Source of the DNA: Antedon mediterranea
Taxonomy: Eukaryota; Animalia; Echinodermata
DNA length: 64,000 nt
Assembly (NCBI RefSeq): GCF_964355755.1
Contig: NC_092675.1
Span: 7,311,812-7,375,811, forward strand
Direction: 5' to 3'
Both the position numbers and the translations under genes were made by a program. Shown piece after piece: positions 1 through 9,800 of this stretch (its first letter is position 1; every line of letters starts with the position of its first letter). The notes under the pieces were generated by a model. The model had not been told where the DNA came from. It did not search any database and was given only the letters and a program-made list of their open reading frames with translations.

Positions 1-9
1 TTGTTGAAG

Positions 10-3000
10 ATGTCAACGTTTAAGGAAGAAATATATACCGAATCTTCAACTGTGTTTTCTGCTTTAGAAATCGGAACTTACAAATCTGAGAATGTTACCG
101 ACCTGAAGAGCAGAAGTCTTTCGCTAAACTCAAGCAATTCACTGAGCGAAAGCTACTACTACTACTACTACTACGACTATTCAAATGATGACACTTTGTA
201 TCGTGTTCTCACGTGGTGTATTTACACGACAGCGTTTGTGACGGGATGTTGTGGAAACATTCTTGTGTTGTTTTCGATACATCGATGTCGCCAGTTGAAA
301 GGTGTGCCAGCAATGCTACTGGTCAGTCTTGCTGTTGCTGATTTCCTAGTATGTCTTATCATCGTACCAGCTGAGATGTATGTGTTTTATACAACCGAGT
401 TTCACTTGGGACCGTTTGTCTGCAAGTTTCTTACTTTACTGCACCAGTTGGTGTTCGCTTGTTCTTCGTTCACACTAACACTTATCAGCATTGAGAGGTA
501 GGTATACTTCATACTTATTATTACTGCGTTCTGTTTCCATACCGGTACAGTTCTTCACTTTTTGTATTTTTTTTTTATTATTTTATTTTGTACGCATCAA
601 CAGCAACAAACTCGCCAATTACATGATAGATAAACTATGCTTGTTTGGTCGTTTGTTAACATAATTAACACTAAAGTAGGTGTGTTTATAAAAGCCATAT
701 AAAAATAACATTTAATATAATATTAATAAAAACTAAATGTTACCATTTTAATCAATGTGAATTAAATTTAGGCCTTGGCTAGGGCTACCTTGTATTTGAT
801 TCAAATGACAGGAATCTATTTAGAAATTATATAAAACAAATAATGAATGTTTTATATTCATATAATAGTAGAAATAATGGCATTTGGTAAATGATGAAAG
901 GTTAAATGTTAACTTTTTTTAAACATGAAACATGCTTAACAGAACATTAATCCAGTCAGCCATTGTGTAATCATATTTCATTAATATACAAATAATGGAT
1001 GTTTGCGAGTGTAATGGTACAAATAATGGCATAAGGTGATATATAACCTTTCATCATTCACCTTATGCCATTATTTGTACCATTACACTCATAAACATTC
1101 ATTATTTGTATATTAATGTAATATGATTACACAATGGCTGACTGGATTAATGTTCTGTTGAACATGTTTTTATAGTTAATCATGTCTTCTTAAGGTTATA
1201 TGTTGTCAAATATCCCCTTCATGCAAGATCCGTTATCACAACAAGACGTGCTCGGTTTGTTATTGCCGGAGTATGGCTGTCTGCGGCGTTATGCGCAGTA
1301 CCAAACACATACAGGCAGGTAATGTCAATAATATTAAAACATTTTTCCGTCGGTTACCGTTATTGAAATGTTTGATATTCATAAAATTAAACCTACAACT
1401 AACCTGTTTCACAGTGTCTTAGATGATCAATACTATTTTAACGTATAGTGTTTATTGTTTGGTGGAGGTGGGGATGCGGATTTAATTTGAGGGAGGTGCT
1501 TATTGGAGAGATACGTTTAATATGTTAGTATTAATAATATGGTAACATATATAAATACAATCCTCTAGTAGTAGTGGTAAAAAAGAATAACAAATACTTG
1601 GTAAATTGTAGATAACAGTCCGATGAAATCTACAACAAATAGTATAATTTTGTTATAAATATAATACAATATGTGTGTATGAATGTGGATGGGCGGTAAT
1701 TAGATGGTTGGGAGGGTGGGTATGAGGGTCAGCGATAATTATTTTAAGTGATGTTTTATTTTTTACCTAATTGGTATAATTAATACATTATTCCGCGACA
1801 CAGTGGGCCATTTTGACAAAGATGGAAGACGTTTTAGACGGCTTGCAACATGGGCAGAAGTATCCCAGGTCTTAACAAAACAGATAGCGCACATCAGTAG
1901 CCTATACAGTCCTGGCATCTTACTCAACAACTCGGCTATCGGGGTTTTACTCTATTTCAAACAAGAGCTCTTATCATCAGGTCTCCCGATGTAATTGTAT
2001 ATACTTATTCCCCACAATATACTCCTATGCTTCATGAATATATTTAATTTAATCTTTATTTTAACTATACCGTACCTTCACACGCGCGGACAGAAAATAA
2101 ACAAAAAACTTAAATGGATATCGCCACCAACGGCCAACTTAATTAAAACCAGGAAGTTGCAAGGTGAACTTTAGTACTTTAGTCCATGGGACCGGGATTT
2201 AGCTAAACTAGCCATATATTATTATTATCTTGTATTGACAACTGGGGATAACAGTGTCCAACATGGCATACAAATAGTAGGCGATACAAGCAAGAAAATA
2301 GCAATAAAAAAACTTAAATAATATTTTCACTAACTTTAAGAATTATATACATGGCTGCAGTCGCGTGCACAAATTTGAGTTAGTGTTTACCGACCGACCG
2401 ACATAGTGAGCTGTAGAGTCGCGTTTGCACGCACGCATGAAATTTTAGACACAAATTGCAAGAAAAGATTTTTGTTGATGAAATGTCTTCTTTAGACCCT
2501 GCTGAACACCATTTTAATTATGCAAATTAAGCTACTTCCCAATGTTAAAAAATGTCTTAACGTTGATAGTTGTGTTCTGTATGGCCAAAAGAACCTATTT
2601 CATATAAAAGACCTTTTTTGCAATTACTTTGATTTAAAAGTCTAATTCCCATGGACATATTAGGGCTTTCGTACAAGCGTTCAAATCATTTTTCTTCTTT
2701 ATCACTGTTTCTTTCCAAGCATTCTTTTCATTTTCCATGCTGTTTTTCTTTCATTTTATTCCTACTACTATTATTATTATTATCTTTCTAAATAGATATA
2801 TCAAAGGCATGAGTGGGGCATATACAGATGGACAACGTGTAGCCCAAGCGTGATAGAACCTTGGAATAAAATGAACGCCATGTTTGACTTCTTGGTGAAA
2901 TTTATCGTTCCGGTACTTATCATGGGAGTATCTTACGCAATTGTTACTGTCACTCTATACAAGAGCACTAGACAGAGTAGGCGGTTACAAGGTATAGAGA

Positions 3001-6000
3001 TGTCAAATAACGGGATCAGTGAGTCTGCAGAGCGACATCAGGCTGACAAAAAACAGGTATGACTCGTAACAGTCATAACTGAGTAACAATGCTCGGTACC
3101 TATTTCCTAAATAAACACTCTAAATATCTCTCTTCAAAATATAATAAAAACAATATTTACCTTTCATTAAAAAAATCCGTAGGATAGAGCTGTGTGAGTA
3201 CTCAAAACAGAGCATTACCTGTTACGCACAAACTGTGACTGAACAGCTGACAATAGTATATTTATACGCGCTTCATATTTTGTAATTCACCGTCGTGGCG
3301 TCATTAATCAGCATATCTATATATAAATGTACGTAAGGGCAAAATTCGGTAAATCGCGCGTTACTACTAGAATATTTACTCGATGGTATATAAGGTTGTT
3401 CGTACTTTCGGTACTGATTTTAACCACCTGATTTTAACCAACTAATTAAATTCTGTTAGACAATTAAAACGAATTTACGTTCAAAGATTTGCCCCAAATA
3501 CGGTTGTTTTCCGATCGCGGTATACACTGTCTAATAGATGTCTATCTTGAAAAATACCCGCACACAATAATACGAGGATGCTTTACATTTACCTATCTCC
3601 TTGTACGATAATTGTTTTTAATAGCTGAAAATCGAACAGCTCGAGTACAGCATCATAATGTTGAAGCCGATTTACTTTTAAGAATACTATTTTGATTTAA
3701 TATACCTACGTTTATATAAATGTATTGATTTGCGATGAATAGAACATTCCAATCTCTCATTCTCTCCCAGTATAGTAGTTTGGTTTAACACAAGTAGGTA
3801 CATTTATAGGCCCTTGGGAGATCGACCTAAAACCTTTACATATTGTATTGTAATATTTTGACAATACTGTAAATACGTATTAACCATTTTTGGTCGCCAT
3901 TTCTTACTATGAGGGTACTGTTAGAAATAAACATATATACAAATAAATGTATTACAGTGTGGGTACTGTTAGATATATACGCATAATATACAAATACATT
4001 TTATTACTGACAGTTGCTCTCAACGTTTGTATTAATTAATAATTACAAAAAATATAAACGTACTTTACTATTTCAATCGACTATGACAGTGACAGAAAGT
4101 ATAAATCGCAAATGTTCCACTGTAGTTAGTGGTATATTATTTATAGGCCAATAAAACATGAAAACATATTTCGTTACTGAGTGGATAAAGAATATAGGCC
4201 TATTTAAAATTGTTCCTCTACCCATCCTCTTCCCCATCCCTCAACCCTAATGTTACATACAAAACAAACATTGGGTTTGTTTAAATAAGTGTAAATAAAA
4301 GTTTGGACTCATTTTGTGACAAGTTTCTTTTTCGGAAGTAATTTCCAGGGTGCTAATTTTAGTTGAGTACATAAATCATCGGTACGTACATGTGAAGTCA
4401 CCTGTTTTTTACGCTGAAATTACTGTGTATTCGAGAACCATCTAGTTTATAATAATTTAGGTATTTGTATAGTGCCAGTATCAACTAAACCGAAGTAAAA
4501 ATCAAAGGCGCTTGTATTAGATTTTAAAAAGATGCGTTGTAAGTTCTTTTTAAAAAATAGCAATAGATGTTGATTTAGAAATATGTCGAGGGAAAGAATT
4601 CCAAAGAGAAGCAGCAGAGAACACAAAAGACCTTTGTCCACAGGTGTTTTTTTTAGAAAAAACCAGTAGGTTTTGATCAGCTGAAAGAAGACAAGCAAGA
4701 GGGGTGTAGGAGGAAATAATATTAAGAAGGATGCGTGCAGCAGTGTTCTGGAGACGTTGAAGTTGATTCAACCAAGATTTCGGTAGGGCAAAGAAAAGGG
4801 GGTTGCAATAGTCAAGGCGAGAAGTGACTGAGTGACTGATGTATTAATGTTGCGTGATCATCTTGAGAGAACGAAGCTCATTGTATTAACTTATTTAAAA
4901 ACAAGGTGACCAGTTAGCTCAATCGACTGAGCGTCATGTTAACAACACAATGTTGTGAGTTCGATTCCCACGCTGGTTTTGGAATAGAGTTAAGGCTATG
5001 CGAGCTAGTGTTTGGGGTTCACAGAATTATACGTCTCCCTTTCCATCACATCATGAGGCAGCAACATCAATGCATCTGATTTCATGGAAACGATCCAAAT
5101 GCTGTGGCGGGGACTTAGTACTGAGGCAGCGAGAGCACACCATAACATCTTTTTTTTCTTCTTTTTTTTTTGGCTTATGCCACCTCCTTCGATCTCGTAA
5201 ATTGTTTAGCGCCCTCAATTTTAGAACAGTCAGAAAATTATGAATAAATATTATAGAACATATGTAAAGATGCAGATGTCTAGACCAACTTCGAAGTTAG
5301 ACTAATCCGCCGTCGGGCTAGGCTGGGCATATGAAGCCGAGTTTTTATTGTACAGAGCCACACCTCAAACTTTGAAGTCGCATTTGGATATTAAATTTAG
5401 ATTTGTTATAAAACAGCAACAATCATTACGCCTGTGATTCCCCTTATTCCACGATTATTTACCTCCGCTAAGGAGGTATGTAATCGACTTGTTTGTTAGC
5501 ACGATTACTCAAAAAGTAATTACAAGATAAATATGTGGTCAAGGACCACTCCATTAAATTGTGGATGCAATCCGTATCACGGTCCCAATTCTGGACCACT
5601 TGCTAGTGTTAAAAGATAGGACAAAATTTTCAATAGTCGACGAGCAGCCTTAAAGTAATAAGTAAATTGAAATTGCATTTTCTCGAGAACTACTTGTCCA
5701 AATAATTTCATTTTTGTACAAGAGGCAAGAGTTATAATTTATGATTTGTAATTTTAAAACATAATTTGATTTAATTTACAGGTTTTTTGATACAAGTATT
5801 TTTTAAAAACCTATTTCTTTTCAAATTCACTCGTTTGTTTTTGGCGTTGCTGTTCTATTGTTAGTCAACGGAATATATTGTTAGTTGAAAGGCTGGTTAC
5901 ATAACCATTACACCAAATTCGCATACACATGCTTCTGGCGAAATTAGCCTAAATCACACATAGGAAAAAATTCTTACTAAATTGCAGATCCAAATAGTTT

Positions 6001-8202
6001 ATCTAAAACAATAGGCTATTGTATACGACTTCCTGATGACTCACTTCTATTAAGCACTATGAGACAACTGTGTCACTTATGTTTTATATTTCACCTGAAG
6101 AGTGCGGCCAGCTACATGCTGGTCGTACGAAACAAATGTGTAGTGATTAAAACAATGAAGTAACCAAGTTTTCTGCTGTTATTTTATTTATTTAAGCTCT
6201 ACCTTGGTATTGAGCACTCTATCCTAACGGTCTGATAATTTCAACCTGTATATATATATATGTATATGATTTGTATATAAATCCGAAGGCAAATTACTGA
6301 ACAAATGATAATGCTGTAGGTATCAGTAGCTGGATCTCAAATGAGATACAAAAAAAAGCGAAAAGCTAAATCAAAACGATAAAGTAAAACAGCCAGAAAA
6401 GTTAGCAGAGCTTTCGGGAAACACTAGCCCTTCATCAGTGCAAGTGTATATAAATCAATTAAGCGAGAGGTTGCAGGATCGAATCCCGCAAGAGACATTT
6501 TTTCATACTAACTAAAAAATACGGAACTTTCACCAATAAGCTTTGCTCGACACGATTATGAGATCATGTTTCGAATATGAGCACTGTTTCTATAATTTAC
6601 AGTATGATTTATATATAATAATATATATATACAAATCAGGCAAAGAACATTAATTCTAAACCGCCCGGTGATATACTGAAATTTAATTAATTAATTTAAA
6701 ACGATAAAGATGAGGAAATCTGTGAGAATGAGAAAAAGTCGCCCCAACCGAGACTCAAACTCGGACCGCCTGCTTGATATGCAGATGTCCTAACCATTAG
6801 ACCACTGGGGCTTTCATGGTATTGTTCGAACTCGATTGGATAGCGACTCTTTAACATTCTCGGCGTGGTACGGCGGAACAGCACTAGTCTTCAGTTGTAC
6901 GCACGCGCACCAGAGATCAAATTGATACGCCCTCATCTTACAAGCAGGCGGTCCGAGTTCGAGTCTCGGTTGGGGCGACTTTTTCTCATTCTCACAGATT
7001 TCCTCATCTTTATCGTTTCAAAATAATAATATATATATATATATATATATCTATATTTTCCCAGAGAAATCTTTTGTAGGAGAATTTTACAGTAGGCGGA
7101 GGTATAAACTCTCGGAGTGGCTTTCTAGATTTTATACTTGGTACTGCTTTATTTATACTGCAGTATTTAAGACAGGCTCTAATTTCAGATAATGTTCCTG
7201 TTTCTTCGTGTATTTGTTCAATGGGTTTGTTGTATAAGATTGGTATACTTCTGAAGTGATTTTTTTGTGAAATCCTCTCTCATTGGCTGTTTGCTCTTGG
7301 GCGATTTTTATCCAAAATTTGAAATTTAAATCAGTTGAAATGAAATAATAATATTGAAAAAAATATAAATATTGAAAAAAGAAAATTCACATAAATACAT
7401 TTTTTAAGAAAATAAAATGTTAATAAGAGTTATATGGCCCTGATCAAGTTGAGGGTAAAAGGTTAAATGTTTTGTGTGGATCAACTATTATGTGATGTTT
7501 TTCAACACTTCTTCCAATCCTTGCTTGCGTGATACCAAAGCTTTAAAAAATCCACTATAATTCCAGTACCCAAAAACAATAATACTAAGCAACTAAACGA
7601 TTTAAGACCAGTTGCTCTTACATCTCTAATAATGAAGAAAACAAGAAAAATATACTGTACGTAGTGTGGGTGTTACATATTATTCTTTTTAGGCTATAAT
7701 CGTTTTGGAGTTTTCTTGAAACTCACATAAATAAAACTGAAAAATAACTACCTCCTTCTACTGCCCCAATCCTGTTTATATCCCATTATTTCTTGATAAG
7801 TCTTCAATTTAGAATTAAAATATTTAAAATATCAACATCAATTTTCGTGTCACTGACTTAAAAACCTTTCTTTGTTGTTTTTTTTTAACTCAGGCAATCC
7901 TAATGATCTTCATCGTAGTATTGCTGTACATTTTAACATGGGGACCTTTCATGATATTTCAACTTCTGGGAAGGTTCGACGTCATCAACGTAACATATGA
8001 AGGACACATGAGGCTCACATACACATTAACGAGAATGTTAGGTATAGGAAATAGTTGTATTTATCCATTCCTCTATGTTTTCATGTCAAAAAGCTTTCGG
8101 TCGGCTATCAAGACCACATTGTGCTGTACCAAAACCACGGATGTCGTTACAAACAACATTGGACGCAGTGTGTCTGGTGGCTTAAACTCCTCTAGACGGT
8201 AA
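10..8202 (+). CDS. Class A (rhodopsin-family) peptide-receptor-like GPCR, copy 1; 4 coding exons, 393 aa
   Basis: Exons 10-497, 1195-1318, 2796-3056, 7894-8202 join in frame with GT-AG introns (phases 2,0,0). Motifs: TM1 GN, TM2 SLAVAD, TM3 C..SIERL, TM4 W, ECL2 Cys, TM5 FIVP..Y, TM6 TWGP, TM7 NSCIYPFLY (variant of NPxxY), helix 8 SKSFR. Resembles galanin/allatostatin-A/QRFP/CCK-like receptors; orthology not assignable by eye. Confidence 0.92.
154..174 (+). repeat. Coding (TAC)7 microsatellite, poly-Tyr in GPCR N-terminus (also 14001-14021)
   Basis: agc(tac)7gactat encodes SYYYYYYYDY; copy 3 has NYYDYD. Confidence 0.95.
928..1169. repeat. Long inverted repeat / palindromic MITE-like element in intron 1 (also 14775-15016; centre-deleted at ~31630-31820)
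   Basis: About 110-bp arms (aacagaacattaatccagtcagccattgtgtaatc ... gattacacaatggctgactggattaatgttctgtt) around a short spacer. Confidence 0.85.
1340..2170 (-). mobile_element. Degenerate copy of the Helitron-like family seen intact at 34337-35384 (also ~15190-16020 and ~32190-33080)
   Basis: Colinear similarity to 34440-35210; termini not recognisable. Confidence 0.55.
2344..2437 (-). mobile_element. Short Helentron-associated (HINE/DINE-like) element; related copies at 13371-13462, 16191-16284, 30031-30133, 33085-33205
   Basis: Minus-strand layout: TTTTAGTCGCGTG..CGCGACT inverted repeat, (GTCG)n microsatellite, CACGCGACT subterminal repeat, GCCA..TATATGGC hairpin. Confidence 0.65.
4530..4830 (-). 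mobile_element. L2/CR1-type LINE 3' fragment (also 18377-18677; longer at ~35870-36300)
   Basis: Broken frames give QLQRLQNTAARIL and GQRSFVFSAASLWNSFP; copy 3 adds LHWVLIDSRIKYKILLLTFKAL, typical of the L2 ORF2 C-terminal region. Confidence 0.8.
4908..5140 (+). mobile_element. tRNA-derived SINE (also 18755-18987 and ~36362-36585)
   Basis: A box TAGCTCAATCG and B box GTTCGATTCCC in a tRNA-like head, followed by a non-tRNA body. Confidence 0.65.
6091..6146 (+). ncRNA. Type I hammerhead ribozyme motif (intron 3, sense strand)
   Basis: TCAC-CTGAAGA-GTGCGGCCAGC(TACAT)GCTGGTCGTAC-GAAACA(AATG)TGTA|GTGA: intact core, 11-bp stem II with two G-U pairs, 3-bp stem III, GUA cleavage triplet, 4-bp stem I. 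Confidence 0.85.
6405..6441 (-). ncRNA. Minimal (Penelope-type) hammerhead ribozyme motif (also 20252-20288)
   Basis: Minus strand: GCA-CTGATGA-A-GGG(CTAGTGTTT)CCC-GAAAGCTC|TGC; loopless palindromic stem III (AGCT), CUC triplet. Confidence 0.7.
6740..6811 (-). pseudogene. 72-nt tRNA-like cloverleaf (tRNA pseudogene or SINE head), part of a 78-bp inverted repeat (also 20587-20658)
   Basis: GCCCCAG/TTGGGGC acceptor stem, D arm, anticodon arm with loop ATATCAA, T arm CCGAG-TTTGAGT-CTCGG, then TTTTT. T-loop is non-canonical in this arm; arms 6699-6776 and 6941-7018 are inverted copies. Confidence 0.65.
7430..7640 (+). mobile_element. Degenerate LINE ORF2 fragment, Rex1/CR1-like (also 21277-21487; longer at ~37850-38590)
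   Basis: Residual motifs GPD, IIPVPKNN, LNDLRPVALTSLIMK; KPWIT in the copy 3 version. Confidence 0.7.
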
Positions 8203-8842
8203 CTACTAGCTACAGCATATCACAGGTATCAGAAAATGGGATTAGACCTTGATTAAGCAAGAATAATAGATTGTCTTTCAAAATTAGACGAAAATCATAG
8301 AAATAAGTATGTTTTGACAAAACAAATCCATTTCAAAATTAAATAAAAGATTTCTATTTAACAAATTTATTGATAAAATCAAATATGAAAAAAAAAGTGT
8401 TCGCATTATTCCAAATATCCATTTGCTACCAGATGCACAAACTTTTTCATCCATTTATTCAATCTGTTATTTGGAAATCTCTGGTACATAAAAAGTAGGC
8501 CTAAAAGTAACAAATAAGCTGTTTACCGGTAATGACTATTTACTACAAGACGACGCGCTCTTATCTCAGGATCGTATTCCACCTGAAAATCATCTTTGAC
8601 TTATATACGACGTTGTCTATAATCGTTTAGACTAAACCTTTTCACTTGAATTAAATCAACACATCGGGCCATATATCGATATTCTTTTTGATCGATCTTT
8701 TTCTTTCAAACAACTGTCACGGCTCCACCTATAGAGGGAGACCTTTAGAACCATCAAAGTATCCTAGAGGGAGACGTAACACTAAAAGTATGCTAGAGGG
8801 AGACATAACAGCCAAAGTATCCTCTACACGCTAGATCTATTG

Positions 8843-9800
8843 TAGACTTGCCCCAAGTCTGTATTTATTGTCTTTTTTTTATTTATTTGTTTTTATTTCG
8901 ACCGCGATTTTTGTCTGAAAATACAGACTTGTGAAACACGTATAGAAATCGATTTGCAAACCGCAAACATCCGATAAGAATGATGTAGGTTATCATACCG
9001 TATTTGGCTATATAGGGCGGGCGGTATGTAAATATGGATTTCGAATCAACCAATGATCATTTTGTTTCAAAATGAAAAAGATCGAGTACGTACGTACAGT
9101 GTGCTGAATATACGATCGAGACTGAACAACTCTTGAAATATAAAATCGTGTTGCCAAGTTGTTTTGTTTATTAATTGTTCTGGCCTAGGCCTCCTTCGTA
9201 GGCGGGTTCGTAGGGCTACTCAACTCGTACGTATGACCTTCCAAATAAAACGCCAATAAGGTACATACCACCACCGACCGCCGGCACACAACAGGGCTAC
9301 ACCACCACACAGAACAGGACAGGGTCTGGGTGGGAATTAAATCAAATTTTCTCCGCATAATAAATGCCATCCATTCAATGTTTGATTTTGCGGAGAACTA
9401 GCCTATCATATCACGACGAGTTTTCATGTTCTTGGGAAAAATCAAATGTTTACCAGACTACTAGGCATATAAAATCATTTTTAGCCTTCAGAAACTTTCA
9501 TCAATGTACCCAAGTACACATTGTCTAAACGTAACATAGCGCATGCGCATCGTCTTAGACGTTGAGTCTTTGAAATTCTGAAATATGAATATTAAAACGA
9601 CGTACGAGTGAGTAGCCAATGGCATGCGGCTGAAACTAGTCAACTGGATAATTTATGCACCAAGAATTCTTGGTGTCAAACCACGTGACTTATGCGTGTT
9701 TCCCCAGACGGAGTATCCAAACTCAAGTAATACACGTATGAAACGCCATATGTGCAAAAATATTTATATTTTTACAAAACTCCGTCTGGAGCCCAGACTA
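8843..9800. mobile_element. 958-bp non-autonomous DNA transposon with TAG...CTA ends and terminal hairpins (also 22690-23647)
   Basis: 9-bp TSD GATCTATTG/GATGTATTG (8834-8842, 9801-9809); empty site at ~39604-39612; independent insertion of the same family at 44299-45262. Confidence 0.88.

Larger units (their letters stand above)
5459..7128 (+). mobile_element. Helentron-associated (HINE-like) composite insertion in intron 3 (also 19306-20975); absent from copy 3
   Basis: 5' TACCTCCGCT-AAGGAGGTA, 3' GGCGGAGGTA plus ACTC-TCG-GAGT hairpin and CTAG; empty T-rich site at ~37065-37080 in copy 3. Confidence 0.75.

Noticed and set aside
1-9. TTG/GTG starts given by the ORF track for GPCR exons
   Set aside because: Prokaryotic-style start calls; the conserved ATG is at 10/13857/30724 and internal ORFs begin at splice acceptors.
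6030-6075. CTGATGA followed by a CTCA/TGAG stem
   Set aside because: No GAAA after stem II, so the hammerhead core is incomplete.
6740-6811. Functional tRNA gene
   Set aside because: T loop TTTGAGT and anticodon loop ATATCAA are non-canonical, the inverted copy disagrees at the anticodon, and it lies inside a paralogue-specific insertion.
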